DNA of 64,000 nucleotides from Candidatus Daviesbacteria bacterium. Lineage in GTDB: Bacteria > Patescibacteriota > Microgenomatia > Daviesbacterales > UBA10151. Position 1 is the stretch's first letter. Each line of letters opens with the position of its first letter. The notes under the pieces are model-generated. The model saw only the letters and a list, made by a program, of their open reading frames with translations, did no database searches and was not told the DNA's origin. The DNA lies in the NCBI GenBank assembly GCA_016432425.1, contig CP066688.1:642619-706618 (forward strand). Reading direction: 5' to 3'. This document shows, piece by piece, positions 1-8,940 of the stretch. A program made the translations under genes and the position numbers.

Positions 1-321
1 TTTTGGGGAAATATCAGTGGCTAGAATATTTACGTTGCAACTTTTCAGGTTACAGGCTAAACTAATGGCAATATTACCAGCTCCAGTTCCTAAATCTAGG
101 ATAGTTAATGTAGGAAATCCTTCGTCGCTGTTTCGCTCCTCAGGATGATTGTTCTGCTTCGCGTACGCAATCACCTCATCTACCAATAATTCAGTTTCCG
201 GCCGGGGGATTAAAATGTCTGGGGTGAGCTTAAACTTAAGTTTGTAGAACTCGACATAACCTTTTTGATATTGAATAGGCTTATTCTGATCAATTTTTAA
301 TTTTAAATTTTTAATTTTCAT
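1..321 (-). CDS. prmC: Release factor glutamine methyltransferase PrmC/HemK. This is the N-terminal part only; the gene runs off the window start.
   Basis: Reverse-strand translation gives ...LTPDILIPRPETELLVDEVIAY...LDLGTGAGNIAISLA..., a class I SAM-MTase motif typical of HemK. The start codon ATG (CAT on +) is at 319-321. The gene lies immediately downstream of prfA, as in many bacteria. Confidence 0.75.
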   Translation of the reverse strand, partial: MKIKNLKLKIDQNKPIQYQKGYVEFYKLKFKLTPDILIPRPETELLVDEVIAYAKQNNHPEERNSDEGFPTLTILDLGTGAGNIAISLACNLKSCNVNILATDISPK

Positions 322-351
322 TTAAAATTTTAAATTTGAAATTTTAAATTA

Positions 352-1281
352 CTAAGTTAATGCAGAAATTACAGGTTGGAGATTACCTTCAAGTATATTC
401 TCGAGATTATGCCAAGACTTACCAACCCTGTGGTCTGTTACCCTGTTTTGGGGGAAGTTATAAGTCCTGATTTTTTCACTGCGTTCACCTGAGCCAATTT
501 GAGAAGACCGCTGCTGTGTAATACTGCCAATTTTTTTCTCCTGTTCCATCTCCCAAAGTTTAGCTCGAAGGAGTGCCATGGCATTTTCTCTGTTCTGCAG
601 TTGTGACCTTTCTGTTTGACAGGTGACTACAATACCGGTGGGAATGTGTTTTAACCTCACAGCTGTTGAAACTTTATTAACATTTTGTCCTCCTGCTCCA
701 CCAGATCTGAAGGCTTCAAATTCAATCTCAGAAGGGTTAATGGTCACCTGGGCTTCTGTTACTTGGAGTAAAACAGCTACAGTGGCAGTGGAGGTGTGGA
801 TTCTGCCGCCTGATTCTGTGACTGGAACTCGTTGCACCCGGTGGACCCCAGATTCAAATTTTAAATCGCGAAAAGCATCTTTGCCGGTTACTTTTAAAAT
901 AACTTCTTTGATTTGGCCAAGTTTTCCCTCACTGCGGTCTAACTCTTCCACCTGCCAATTTTTAGTTTGGGCAAAACGGGTATACATCCGTAGTAAATCT
1001 CCGGCAAATATTCCTGCCTCATCACCGCCAGCAGCGGAACGGATTTCCAAAATGGCCACATTTTGGTTGACATCTTCCAGGTGTAAGTTGGTTTCAGTGT
1101 CTTCACCTGGAAGGTGGGCCATTGGAGTGGCAGCAGATTCCTCCAGCTCTTTTCTTTGTTTTTCCAGCTCCGCTATTTCTACCTGAGCCAGTTCTGTCAT
1201 TTGCGGATCTTCCAGTATTAAAGCCCGAAGCTCTGAAATTCTGTTATCAATTTCTGCTAATTGTTGTTGAATGTAATCCAT
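352..1281 (-). CDS. prfA: Peptide chain release factor 1
   Basis: The 309-aa ORF carries the GGQ motif ([19 protein letters not shown]) and a PVT tripeptide (PxT type, so RF1 rather than RF2). It has an N-terminal coiled-coil region. Confidence 0.93.
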   Translation of the reverse strand: MDYIQQQLAEIDNRISELRALILEDPQMTELAQVEIAELEKQRKELEESAATPMAHLPGEDTETNLHLEDVNQNVAILEIRSAAGGDEAGIFAGDLLRMYTRFAQTKNWQVEELDRSEGKLGQIKEVILKVTGKDAFRDLKFESGVHRVQRVPVTESGGRIHTSTATVAVLLQVTEAQVTINPSEIEFEAFRSGGAGGQNVNKVSTAVRLKHIPTGIVVTCQTERSQLQNRENAMALLRAKLWEMEQEKKIGSITQQRSSQIGSGERSEKIRTYNFPQNRVTDHRVGKSWHNLENILEGNLQPVISALT

Positions 1282-1608
1282 CTAGGAAGCAGATTGTTTT
1301 CTGGCTTGCATGAGCAGATCTTTTAATGTAGGACGCTCAGTTTTACGTCTTTCAACCTTGGCAGTCCGGCGGGAGATAATTTCTTGTCTTTGAGTCTGTT
1401 TTTGACGGGAAACTTCAGTGCGTTTTTGAAATCTTTCCACTTGCCCCAAGGTATCAACTAATTTAGCTTGGCCGGTAAAAAGAGGGTGGCAGTTGGAACA
1501 AATATCCGCGCGAATTTCCGGTATTGTGGAACCGGTAGTAAAAGTATTACCACAGGCACAAGTTACCTTTGCCTCTGGGTACCAGTCTGGATGAATGTTA
1601 GTTTTCAT
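1282..1608 (-). CDS. rpmE: 50S ribosomal protein L31 with a basic C-terminal extension
   Basis: The N-terminus [10 protein letters not shown]...CACGN...[10 protein letters not shown] is the L31 zinc-ribbon signature. The stop is adjacent to the prfA start. Confidence 0.85.
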   Translation of the reverse strand: MKTNIHPDWYPEAKVTCACGNTFTTGSTIPEIRADICSNCHPLFTGQAKLVDTLGQVERFQKRTEVSRQKQTQRQEIISRRTAKVERRKTERPTLKDLLMQARKQSAS

Positions 1609-1736
1609 ACCTTAAGAATTATATCAAATATAGTTGCTTTTTTAAAGCTTAATACCCAATAAAAGAATATACTCGATTGGGCAATTTTGCTGTTTAACTA
1701 AATTAGCAACTTAAGTTATGTCAAAATTGTCCAAAA

Positions 1737-2672
1737 CTAAACTCTGTGCAGCTTATGATGATGGTAAACCTCTTTGCCCAAAGTACCCAAATACAGTCCG
1801 GCTGCAATTAATACTGCTCCAGTCATAAAATATTTATTAACCGTTTCTCCCAAAATTAAAATAGCCAATATGGCTGCTATTGCGGGCTCAACATATTGAA
1901 AAAGATTAGCCCTGTCTACAGAAGTTTTGGCCAGACCCCATTCAAATAAAAAGTAACCAGAAATGGAAGAAAGCATGGTCATATAAATTAGACCAACAAT
2001 TCCCAAAATGGTGACTTGAGAAGGCCAGAGAGGATTTTTTAAATATTCACTAACTGCCGGTAATAAAAAAGTGGCTGCTCCAATAAAAAAAGCAAAAGCT
2101 GTCACAGACAGCGATGAGTAAACTTTTAACATTCTGCGGGACAAAATCGACCCCACCACCCAAGAAGTAGCAGCCAGTAAAATTAATACATTACCCATTA
2201 AAATTTCTGAATCTAGTTGCCCAAAGATAATTTCCGGCAAGCCAATAATAATTAACGCGCCACTTAAACCTAAGGCAATCCCCAAAAGGTTAATTAAATA
2301 AACTTTTTCTTTTAAAAGAATCCAACTTAGCAGGACTGACAACATGGGGATGACTAAGGTTAAGGTGGAGGCATTAATGGCAGTAGTTTTGGTAATACCG
2401 GCAAAAAAGAAACTAATGTTTAAGGTAATCATCAATACTCCAATCCCCACCAGGGGAGCCAAATCCCGGCGATGAATCCTGGTTTTTTTTGTTTCAGTTA
2501 AGAAAAAGGGGATTAAAAACAGAGCAGCCAGGCCAAAACGCAAAAAAGCCAGTGAGGAAGGAGGAAATTCCTGCAGGGTAATTTTAGCTACTACAAAGTT
2601 TCCTCCCCAGATTAGGTGGGACAAGAGAAGGGCTAAGTAGGGCAGAGGTGATTTAAAAATAGCAGAGGACAT
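1737..2672 (-). CDS. EamA/DMT-superfamily membrane transporter (about 10 TM helices)
   Basis: The 311-aa protein is highly hydrophobic with two repeated 5-TM halves, the DMT/EamA topology. Confidence 0.6.
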   Translation of the reverse strand: MSSAIFKSPLPYLALLLSHLIWGGNFVVAKITLQEFPPSSLAFLRFGLAALFLIPFFLTETKKTRIHRRDLAPLVGIGVLMITLNISFFFAGITKTTAINASTLTLVIPMLSVLLSWILLKEKVYLINLLGIALGLSGALIIIGLPEIIFGQLDSEILMGNVLILLAATSWVVGSILSRRMLKVYSSLSVTAFAFFIGAATFLLPAVSEYLKNPLWPSQVTILGIVGLIYMTMLSSISGYFLFEWGLAKTSVDRANLFQYVEPAIAAILAILILGETVNKYFMTGAVLIAAGLYLGTLGKEVYHHHKLHRV

Positions 2673-2703
2673 AACTTAAGGATATAAGCAGAGCTTGAAA
2701 TTT

Positions 2704-3618
2704 TCAAGGTGAAAATTTTAGAACTTCCAGAAGGCGATCAAGTCCAAAAGAAAAACCGACTGCAGGAATACTTTTTTTGGAGAAAGTTCCAATTAGGTTA
2801 TCATACCTACCACCGGAACCAATAGTTAAAGAAGTGGGATCGCCATCTGGTTTAGCTTCAAAAATAACTCCGGTGTAATAGTCTAGCCCCCGGGCCAAGG
2901 TGGGGTCAAATTTAAAATCCACATTTTCTGCCAAATTATATTTTTCTTGTAAAAGCTTAAAAATTTGCTCTAAATTAGGAGTGGGTTTTTGAGATTTAAC
3001 TTTTTCCACAACCTCTTGGGCTTGGGTCTGTGCCAACCCTCCAGCCACTAATTCCTGGATGACTCCTTCTTCCCCAATTTTATATAATTTATCTATGGCT
3101 CTGACTACCTCAATAGATAAATCAGCAAAATTGGCTCGGTCATTAATTAGCATCACCGTCTTTTGAAACCCTAATTGTTTTAGGGAATTAATGGCTACAG
3201 CCAAAATTAAGGCATCTTCTTGTGGATCAGCAGATCCCACTGTGTCAAAATCAAATTGGGTAAATTCTCTAAAGCGGCCTTTTTGGGGGTTTTCTCCCCG
3301 GAAAACTTGGCCAATTTGGTATCTTCTAAAAGGTAGAGTTGGGTTATAAGTGGCCACATATCTAGCCAAGGGAACGGTTAGATCGTAGCGTAAGGCCAGT
3401 TTTCTGCCGCCTCGGTCTTCAAATTGATAAATTAATCTTTCCTCCTCGCCGTATTTGCCTTGTAGAGTTTGCGCAAATTCAACAGTGGGGGTTTCAATAG
3501 GTTCAAAGCCATAATTTTCCAAGATGCTGACAATTTGATTAATTGCCGCCCGCCTTTTTTGAGCAATGTTAGGTTTAATATCCCTAAACCCCTTTGGTGT
3601 CAGTGGTGCTATATTCAT
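2704..3618 (-). CDS. Histidyl-tRNA synthetase-like class II catalytic core (HisS/HisZ family). It has no anticodon-binding domain.
   Basis: Class II motifs are present: PKGFRD, LRYDLTVPLARYVA (motif 2-like), and GGRYDNLIGTFS...PAVGFSFGLDRLLEVL (motif 3 / HisRS signature). The protein ends right after motif 3 at 304 aa. Confidence 0.7.
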   Translation of the reverse strand: MNIAPLTPKGFRDIKPNIAQKRRAAINQIVSILENYGFEPIETPTVEFAQTLQGKYGEEERLIYQFEDRGGRKLALRYDLTVPLARYVATYNPTLPFRRYQIGQVFRGENPQKGRFREFTQFDFDTVGSADPQEDALILAVAINSLKQLGFQKTVMLINDRANFADLSIEVVRAIDKLYKIGEEGVIQELVAGGLAQTQAQEVVEKVKSQKPTPNLEQIFKLLQEKYNLAENVDFKFDPTLARGLDYYTGVIFEAKPDGDPTSLTIGSGGRYDNLIGTFSKKSIPAVGFSFGLDRLLEVLKFSP

Positions 3619-3702
3619 ATTAATAATCTTATCATAAATTGCTGCTTGACTGCTATCCCATAGCTCATTATCATAAATTAAATAATCCTTAAGATAATCC
3701 GT

Positions 3703-3722
3703 CCCGCCCTGGCGGGTTTTTT
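3703..3722 (+). terminator. Intrinsic-terminator-like GC hairpin plus T6 tract on the + strand, 14 nt upstream of CDS 3736
   Basis: CCCGC-CCTG-GCGGG is followed by TTTTTT. No + strand gene ends upstream of it. Confidence 0.35.
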
Positions 3723-3735
3723 AGAAAAAACGAAA

Positions 3736-4335
3736 ATGCTAGATTCGGAACCTCATACTAGTAGCATAGTTTTGCCTCCTGCTAATGAGAAAGCTGTACT
3801 GACTGCTTCCTCCCTGGCTGATAGAGAAGTAGAAGAGCGGGTTTTGTATCAAATGTTACGTTTTAATCCTCATTTGTTTTGGTATTTAAATAGAGTGGCA
3901 ATGATTATGGGAATTATTTCTGATTCACAAATTTTATCAGCTGATGCCTATTTGCAGGGAGCAGGAAGATATTTTCATGCTTTAACTATTACTGCTGCCA
4001 ATGAAGGTTTAACAATCCCAAGATTGGATGTTGGCCATGCTTTAACCTATGCTAAAGCAGAAGGTACTGTAGAACGCGCGGATAATGGTATTAGATCAAT
4101 ATCTGTTTCAGATTATTTGTACACGATTGCTCCCAAAAGAGAGTTAACTAGGCCTGATTTTTTGGGAAAAGAATTAGAGATGGTTAGAGAATTAGAAAGA
4201 ATGAGACCGGCTTTTATATTAGCTTGCGATGATTACTCTGCTGTAGAAGGTGGTATGCTGGATATCTATGGAATTTTGCAAAACTATTATTTTGCTCAAA
4301 AAGCAGCAGCCATGTTTAACAAAGAGGTAAGATAG
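3736..4335 (+). CDS. Hypothetical protein
   Basis: 199-aa ORF with no recognisable motif; coding-like composition. Confidence 0.5.
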   Translation: MLDSEPHTSSIVLPPANEKAVLTASSLADREVEERVLYQMLRFNPHLFWYLNRVAMIMGIISDSQILSADAYLQGAGRYFHALTITAANEGLTIPRLDVGHALTYAKAEGTVERADNGIRSISVSDYLYTIAPKRELTRPDFLGKELEMVRELERMRPAFILACDDYSAVEGGMLDIYGILQNYYFAQKAAAMFNKEVR

Positions 4336-4343
4336 TAGAGACT

Positions 4344-5054
4344 ATGGCGCTAACCCATGCAATTATTTTAGCTGGAGGAGAAGGGAAAAGACTGCGTCCT
4401 CATACCGATCGTAAGCCCAAACCCTTGGTAGAGGTAGGGGGTAAACCCATCATGGCTTACCAACTGGATCAGCTAAAGAAGGCAAGGGTTAAAAATTTAG
4501 TCATTGCCTGTAGTTATAAAAAAGAAGTTTTGATTGAATATTTAACTGGTAATGGGTATGGATTTGACCACATTTCTTTTTCAGTGGAGGAGACTCCGCT
4601 GGGGCGTGGCGGGGGTATTAAACAGGCCATGAAGTTTTTGCCGGCTGACTGGGAACAGGTAATCGTGGCTAATGGCGATAACCTGTGGAAATTTAATATT
4701 GAAGCGATGGTGAAAAAACACCAAGAAAGAAATGCCATCGCCACAGTGCTTTTGGTGAAACTGAAAAGCCCCTACGGAATAGTAGAAGTAAATGATCAAG
4801 ATGAGATTGAGACTTTTCAAGAAAAGCCCATTTTGCCCCATTGGCTAAATGCCGGAGTTTACATTTTCTCCCGGGAGATTGAGCCACTTTTGCCTAATAT
4901 TGGCGATCACGAAGATCAAACTTTCCCTAAATTACCCAAGGAGAGGTTTATTGCTTTTAAAAGTGAAGGTTATTGGAAAGCAGTGGATACAGTAAAAGAC
5001 TTGGAAGAAGCGGAAAAAGAAGTTAGGGAGATTTTTTCTTTGTCGATGGGGTAG
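4344..5054 (+). CDS. Sugar-phosphate nucleotidyltransferase (NTP_transferase family)
   Basis: The N-terminus AIILAGGEGKRLRP...KPLVEVGGKPI is the G(x)GxR glycine-rich loop of sugar-1-P nucleotidyltransferases. Confidence 0.75.
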   Translation: MALTHAIILAGGEGKRLRPHTDRKPKPLVEVGGKPIMAYQLDQLKKARVKNLVIACSYKKEVLIEYLTGNGYGFDHISFSVEETPLGRGGGIKQAMKFLPADWEQVIVANGDNLWKFNIEAMVKKHQERNAIATVLLVKLKSPYGIVEVNDQDEIETFQEKPILPHWLNAGVYIFSREIEPLLPNIGDHEDQTFPKLPKERFIAFKSEGYWKAVDTVKDLEEAEKEVREIFSLSMG

Positions 5055-5808
5055 TTGGTTTTGCTGATTTAGTGGCAGATTCTGCTGAGGGAGTGGCAAT
5101 CTTTTTAGGTTTTAAGAAAGCTGGTTGGGAATAGATATAGACAAAATCAGCTGTCAGAATTTCATTTTTTCCCATCACTCCGGTGACAATCACAAAATTA
5201 TTTTTTGAAAGCTGCGATAAACTTACTGCTTGGCCATCTTTTTCTAAATCAGTTGAACTTACTGCAATAGTCACATTTTTCCCCTCTTTGGTGGTCAGAG
5301 TGACTAACTCATCAGCGATAGAGATAACCTGGCCCCACAGATGAGTTTTAACCTCTGGAGAGGGGGTAGGCCAGAGGATTACTTTTTTGGCAGTTAAAAC
5401 TCCATTTTCATCCACATCCCCTAAAGCTGCTATAAAATCCTCTGCCTGTAAGATTTTGAGGGAGTATTTGCTAATTTTTTTGTTATTACTGCTAAACTCG
5501 CTATCTTGGTTAATGCTAACAATTTTTGCCCCACTGTCAGTCGCTAAAGTTAAAGAAGCTTCCGATTTAAGTGTAACCATACCCACGTAAGCTTTATTTT
5601 GTAAATTTTTATTAACTTCCTGTTTCAACTGGGCTGCCTTAGAAGCAATCTCTTTTTGCAAGGCAGAGAGTTTCTCTTTTAAATTTGCAGAAGTACTGTT
5701 TTCAGCAGCATAAACATGGGATATGGGATAAGAATTAAGTATTAAGGGTAATACAAAAAGCAATAACCCCACAATACATAATACTAGACCCTTTTCCCTA
5801 ATTCTCAT
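5023..5808 (-). CDS. Secreted hypothetical protein (signal peptide, Lys/Ser/Thr-rich C-terminal tail)
   Basis: The N-terminus MRIREKGLVLCIVGLLLFVLPLILNSYPISHVYAAE is a signal peptide. It is near-identical to the N-terminus of CDS 26499. Confidence 0.6.
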   Translation of the reverse strand: MRIREKGLVLCIVGLLLFVLPLILNSYPISHVYAAENSTSANLKEKLSALQKEIASKAAQLKQEVNKNLQNKAYVGMVTLKSEASLTLATDSGAKIVSINQDSEFSSNNKKISKYSLKILQAEDFIAALGDVDENGVLTAKKVILWPTPSPEVKTHLWGQVISIADELVTLTTKEGKNVTIAVSSTDLEKDGQAVSLSQLSKNNFVIVTGVMGKNEILTADFVYIYSQPAFLKPKKIATPSAESATKSAKPTTPSTKKKSP

Positions 5809-6236
5809 ATTTGTTCCTTCAAATAAAAAACATTTTTAATGATTGTTTTTTCTTCACCACTGTCCGAAAAAACCGTTACGGAAATTTTATTAGGCCCTTC
5901 ATTTAAAGTTAAAGAAGCGGAAAAACTGCCGCTTGCGGAACTGGTCACTACTTGATCTTGCTCACTAGTACTAATTAATACTTTGAGGTGGGGTAAAGTT
6001 TTGCCGCTTACTAGTAAGTTAGTTTTAAAGACCAATCTATTATCACTAGGATCAGTTACCTCTAAACTCAAAGATTTGGGAGCAGAAGTCACAGGGCCGG
6101 ATAAAAAAGGGGTGGTACTGGATTGATATTGAACATTTAAAACATAATACAACCCACCCACAAAAACTAAGCCTAAAAGGAGTATCAATATCTGGGAAAT
6201 GACAAAAATTTTGGGGGAAAGCGGGCGATCGAGCAT
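5805..6236 (-). CDS. Hypothetical membrane-anchored protein
   Basis: 143 aa with an N-terminal TM helix. It overlaps the downstream gene by 4 bp (ATGA overlap), indicating an operon. Confidence 0.55.
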   Translation of the reverse strand: MLDRPLSPKIFVISQILILLLGLVFVGGLYYVLNVQYQSSTTPFLSGPVTSAPKSLSLEVTDPSDNRLVFKTNLLVSGKTLPHLKVLISTSEQDQVVTSSASGSFSASLTLNEGPNKISVTVFSDSGEEKTIIKNVFYLKEQI

Positions 6237-6248
6237 AAAAACATTTTA

Positions 6249-6347
6249 CCCTGAACATGGTGAATGGGCAAGCTTTGCTTACCCTGAACATGGTGAATGG
6301 GCAAGCTTTGCTTACCCTGAACATGGTGAATGGGCAAGCTTTGCTTA
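6249..6347. repeat. Three identical tandem copies of a 33-bp unit (CCCTGAACATGGTGAATGGGCAAGCTTTGCTTA) plus a degenerate fourth. This is a member of a dispersed repeat family.
   Basis: Exact 33-nt periodicity read directly from the sequence. The reverse complement of the unit recurs at 18254-18286. Confidence 0.9.
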
Positions 6348-6402
6348 CCTTGAGATTGAGGGATTGTCACTAATAGAAAATTTTGCTAAGATCGCTTTTG
6401 CC

Positions 6403-7044
6403 ATGGATATCTACTGGGGAGGACAAGCTCTTTTTAAAATTAAAGGCAAAACTGCCACCATAGTGATTGATCCGTTTGATCCAGAAATTGGTTTAAAATT
6501 GCCCAAAGATTTATCCGCTGATGCAGTTTTAGTAACTCACTCCCATCATGACCACAATAATTCTGCTGCAGTTTTAGGTAACCCTTTAGTTTTCGACGGT
6601 CCCGGAGAATATGAGGTAAAAGGAGCCATTATTACCGGGATTAGCTCTTTCCATGACAATGAAAATGGGGCCCAGAGGGGATTAAACACTATTTATCAAC
6701 TGATTATTGATGATGTTAATATTGTCCATTTAGGGGATTTGGGTCAAAGTATACTTTCGGAGGCTCAAGTTGCCCAAATCGAAACGGCAGATATTTTGTT
6801 GATTCCGGTGGGGGGAGTTTATACTATTTCTGGGAAAATCGCCTCTAATATTGTCTCCCAACTGGAGCCCAAAATTATTATCCCCATGCATTACAAAGTA
6901 GAAGGTTTAAAGTTTGAGTTGGAGGGGGTAGAGAATTTCTTGAAAGAAATGGGAGCAGAAAATGTAATCCCACAACCAAAACTGACTATTACCAAAGATA
7001 AACTACCTGATGAGCCCCAGGTGGTGGTACTAAGTAAAAGTTAA
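6403..7044 (+). CDS. Metallo-beta-lactamase-fold metal-dependent hydrolase. An alternative in-frame start at 6199 would add the repeat-encoded peptide (YPEHGEWASFA)x3.
   Basis: MDIYWGG...VIDPFD...LVTHSHHDHNN is the MBL-fold HxHxDH motif. The frame stays open from 6199 through the repeats. Confidence 0.7.
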   Translation: MDIYWGGQALFKIKGKTATIVIDPFDPEIGLKLPKDLSADAVLVTHSHHDHNNSAAVLGNPLVFDGPGEYEVKGAIITGISSFHDNENGAQRGLNTIYQLIIDDVNIVHLGDLGQSILSEAQVAQIETADILLIPVGGVYTISGKIASNIVSQLEPKIIIPMHYKVEGLKFELEGVENFLKEMGAENVIPQPKLTITKDKLPDEPQVVVLSKS

Positions 7045-7053
7045 GAGTTTTCC

Positions 7054-8421
7054 ATGGCCCAATCAATAACGAAGATCCCTCCACAAAATATAGAAGCAGA
7101 GCAATCCCTTCTGGGAGCGCTCTTAATTGATAAAGATGCCATTATCAAGGTAGCAGAGATACTTACTCCTGCCGATTTTTATCGCAGTGAACAACATGGT
7201 TCCATTTTTGCTGCCATCAAGCAGTTGTTTGATCTTCGCCAGCCAATTGATTTAATTACCGTTACCGAGCAGCTGAAAAAAAATAACACTTTTGACAAAG
7301 CCGGAGGCAGCAGCTATTTGTCAACTTTAATCAATATGGTGCCGACCAGTGCTCATATTGAACAATACGCCAAAATTATTAAGGAGCACTCAATCAGGCG
7401 CAGTTTAATTTCTCAGGCCACCAGATTAATTGAACAATCATTTGCAGAAGGTGGGCCAGTAGAGGAGCTTCTGGAAGCAGCTGAGGCAGGCATTTTTTCC
7501 TTGTCCCAGGATAATGTCAAGCGGGATTTTCGGCCTATTAAAGATGCCCTGGCGGAGAGCTTTGACCGTTTGGATGAACTGCAAAAAAACTCCGGTAAAT
7601 TGCGGGGGGTTCCCACCGGTTTCCGCGATTTGGACTCTCGTTTGGCAGGGATGCAAGATTCTAATTTAATTATTTTAGCTTCCCGTCCCGGTCAGGGAAA
7701 AACCTCTTTTGCCCTCAATATTGCCCAATATGTAGCGGTTACTGCCAAGTTGCCAGTGGGCATTTTTTCCTTGGAAATGAGCCAGGAAGAGTTGGTTGAC
7801 CGTTTGCTGGTGGGCCAGGCGGATATTGATGCCTGGAAACTAAAAACCGGCCGGTTAGATGACCGGGATTATGAACGTTTGTCTTTGGCCATGGGGGAGT
7901 TGGCTGAAGCACCGCTTTATATTGATGATACTCCGGGAATTTCCATCTCTGAAATACGGACTAAAGCCCGTCGGCTGCAAATTGAAAATGGCCTAAAGTT
8001 GTTGATTGTGGATTACTTGCAGCTAATTCAAGGGAGAAATTTGGATAATCGGGTCCAGATTGTTTCGGAAATTTCCCAACAGTTAAAAAATATTGCCCGG
8101 GAACTAAAAGTTCCGGTCTTGGCCATTTCCCAGCTTAACCGTTCAGTGGAGGCCAGGGGAACCAGAAAACCACAGTTGGCGGACTTAAGAGAGTCAGGGG
8201 CCATTGAACAAGATGCCGATGTAGTCATGTTTATTTACCGGGATGACCTGGAGAAGCCGGAAGATGTGACTTTGGATATTCAAAAACACCGGAATGGGGC
8301 TACTGGGGAAATTCAGCTTAAGTTTAGGGCAGACCGGACTAAATTTTATGGGATGGAACGCCAAAGAGGCCGTCCACCAGCGCCTAAAGAAGAAGACGAA
8401 AAATCCACTGCCGCAGCTTAA
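7054..8421 (+). CDS. dnaB: Replicative DNA helicase DnaB
   Basis: 455 aa with the N-terminal PPQNIEAEQSLLGALL, Walker A GQGKTSFALN, and RecA-like DnaB C-terminal motifs. Confidence 0.92.
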   Translation: MAQSITKIPPQNIEAEQSLLGALLIDKDAIIKVAEILTPADFYRSEQHGSIFAAIKQLFDLRQPIDLITVTEQLKKNNTFDKAGGSSYLSTLINMVPTSAHIEQYAKIIKEHSIRRSLISQATRLIEQSFAEGGPVEELLEAAEAGIFSLSQDNVKRDFRPIKDALAESFDRLDELQKNSGKLRGVPTGFRDLDSRLAGMQDSNLIILASRPGQGKTSFALNIAQYVAVTAKLPVGIFSLEMSQEELVDRLLVGQADIDAWKLKTGRLDDRDYERLSLAMGELAEAPLYIDDTPGISISEIRTKARRLQIENGLKLLIVDYLQLIQGRNLDNRVQIVSEISQQLKNIARELKVPVLAISQLNRSVEARGTRKPQLADLRESGAIEQDADVVMFIYRDDLEKPEDVTLDIQKHRNGATGEIQLKFRADRTKFYGMERQRGRPPAPKEEDEKSTAAA

Positions 8422-8455
8422 ATTTTTTCGTAAGTGCCTAAAGGTTTAATTTTTG

Positions 8456-8538
8456 TGGCCAGGGAGGGAGTCGAACCCTCACAGCCTTGCGACTAGTAGT
8501 TTTTGAGACTACCGCGTATACCATTCCGCCACCTGGCC
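8456..8538 (-). tRNA. tRNA-Leu (anticodon CAA) with a long variable arm. CCA is not encoded.
   Basis: The reverse complement folds as a cloverleaf: acceptor GGCCAGG / CCTGGCC, anticodon stem GTAGT / ACTAC with loop CTCAAAA (anticodon CAA), an approximately 19-nt variable arm, and T-arm GAGGG-TTCGACT-CCCTC. Confidence 0.85.
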
Positions 8539-8592
8539 AAGCAACAAGAATTATATCAAGTTTGTCTGGGAGTTTAAACTAAAAGAAGAAAA

Positions 8593-8901
8593 TTATATTT
8601 TAGGTTCTATTAACCAAGATAACATTTGGATATGAGGATTTATGGGATGAGGATTATTGGTTGAAGGTTCCCCTAAAACTTGGCTAAAATCCCTGATTAA
8701 TCCCTCTCTACCTTTTTGGTCTCCAGAGACAGATAAAGACCAAAAAACAATACGACCTTTATCAGTATCCAAAGACGCTTTAGTGAGCATAAAAGTAGCA
8801 CCGTTTTCAACTCCTTCAAAGATCTCATGATCTTCCGGAATTTTATAAGGTGGAATTTCTGGTAAGGAAGTAATTCCTTTGACAATTTGATCTTGCTCCA
8901 T
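8593..8901 (-). CDS. Hypothetical small protein (102 aa)
   Basis: ORF only, with no SD and no recognisable motif. Confidence 0.3.
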   Translation of the reverse strand: MEQDQIVKGITSLPEIPPYKIPEDHEIFEGVENGATFMLTKASLDTDKGRIVFWSLSVSGDQKGREGLIRDFSQVLGEPSTNNPHPINPHIQMLSWLIEPKI

Positions 8902-8940
8902 AGCCTGTATTTTAACATAGAATATGATAAAATTCTTGCC

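Noticed and set aside
623-1186. The 187-aa plus-strand ORF antisense to prfA, and similar antisense ORFs inside the P-type ATPase (28376-29848), gyrA (30933-32219), gyrB (38084-40026), pilB (42527-43200) and the 905-aa surface protein (24036-24929)
   Set aside because: Each lies entirely within a well-supported conserved gene on the other strand. They have biased low-complexity translations and no start context.
6052-6370. Minus-strand ORFs (90 aa and 61 aa) with the repeated peptides MFRVSKACPFT and HHVQGKQSLPI
   Set aside because: These are translations of the 33-bp tandem repeat in other frames. They overlap the start of CDS 5805-6236 and are not independent genes.
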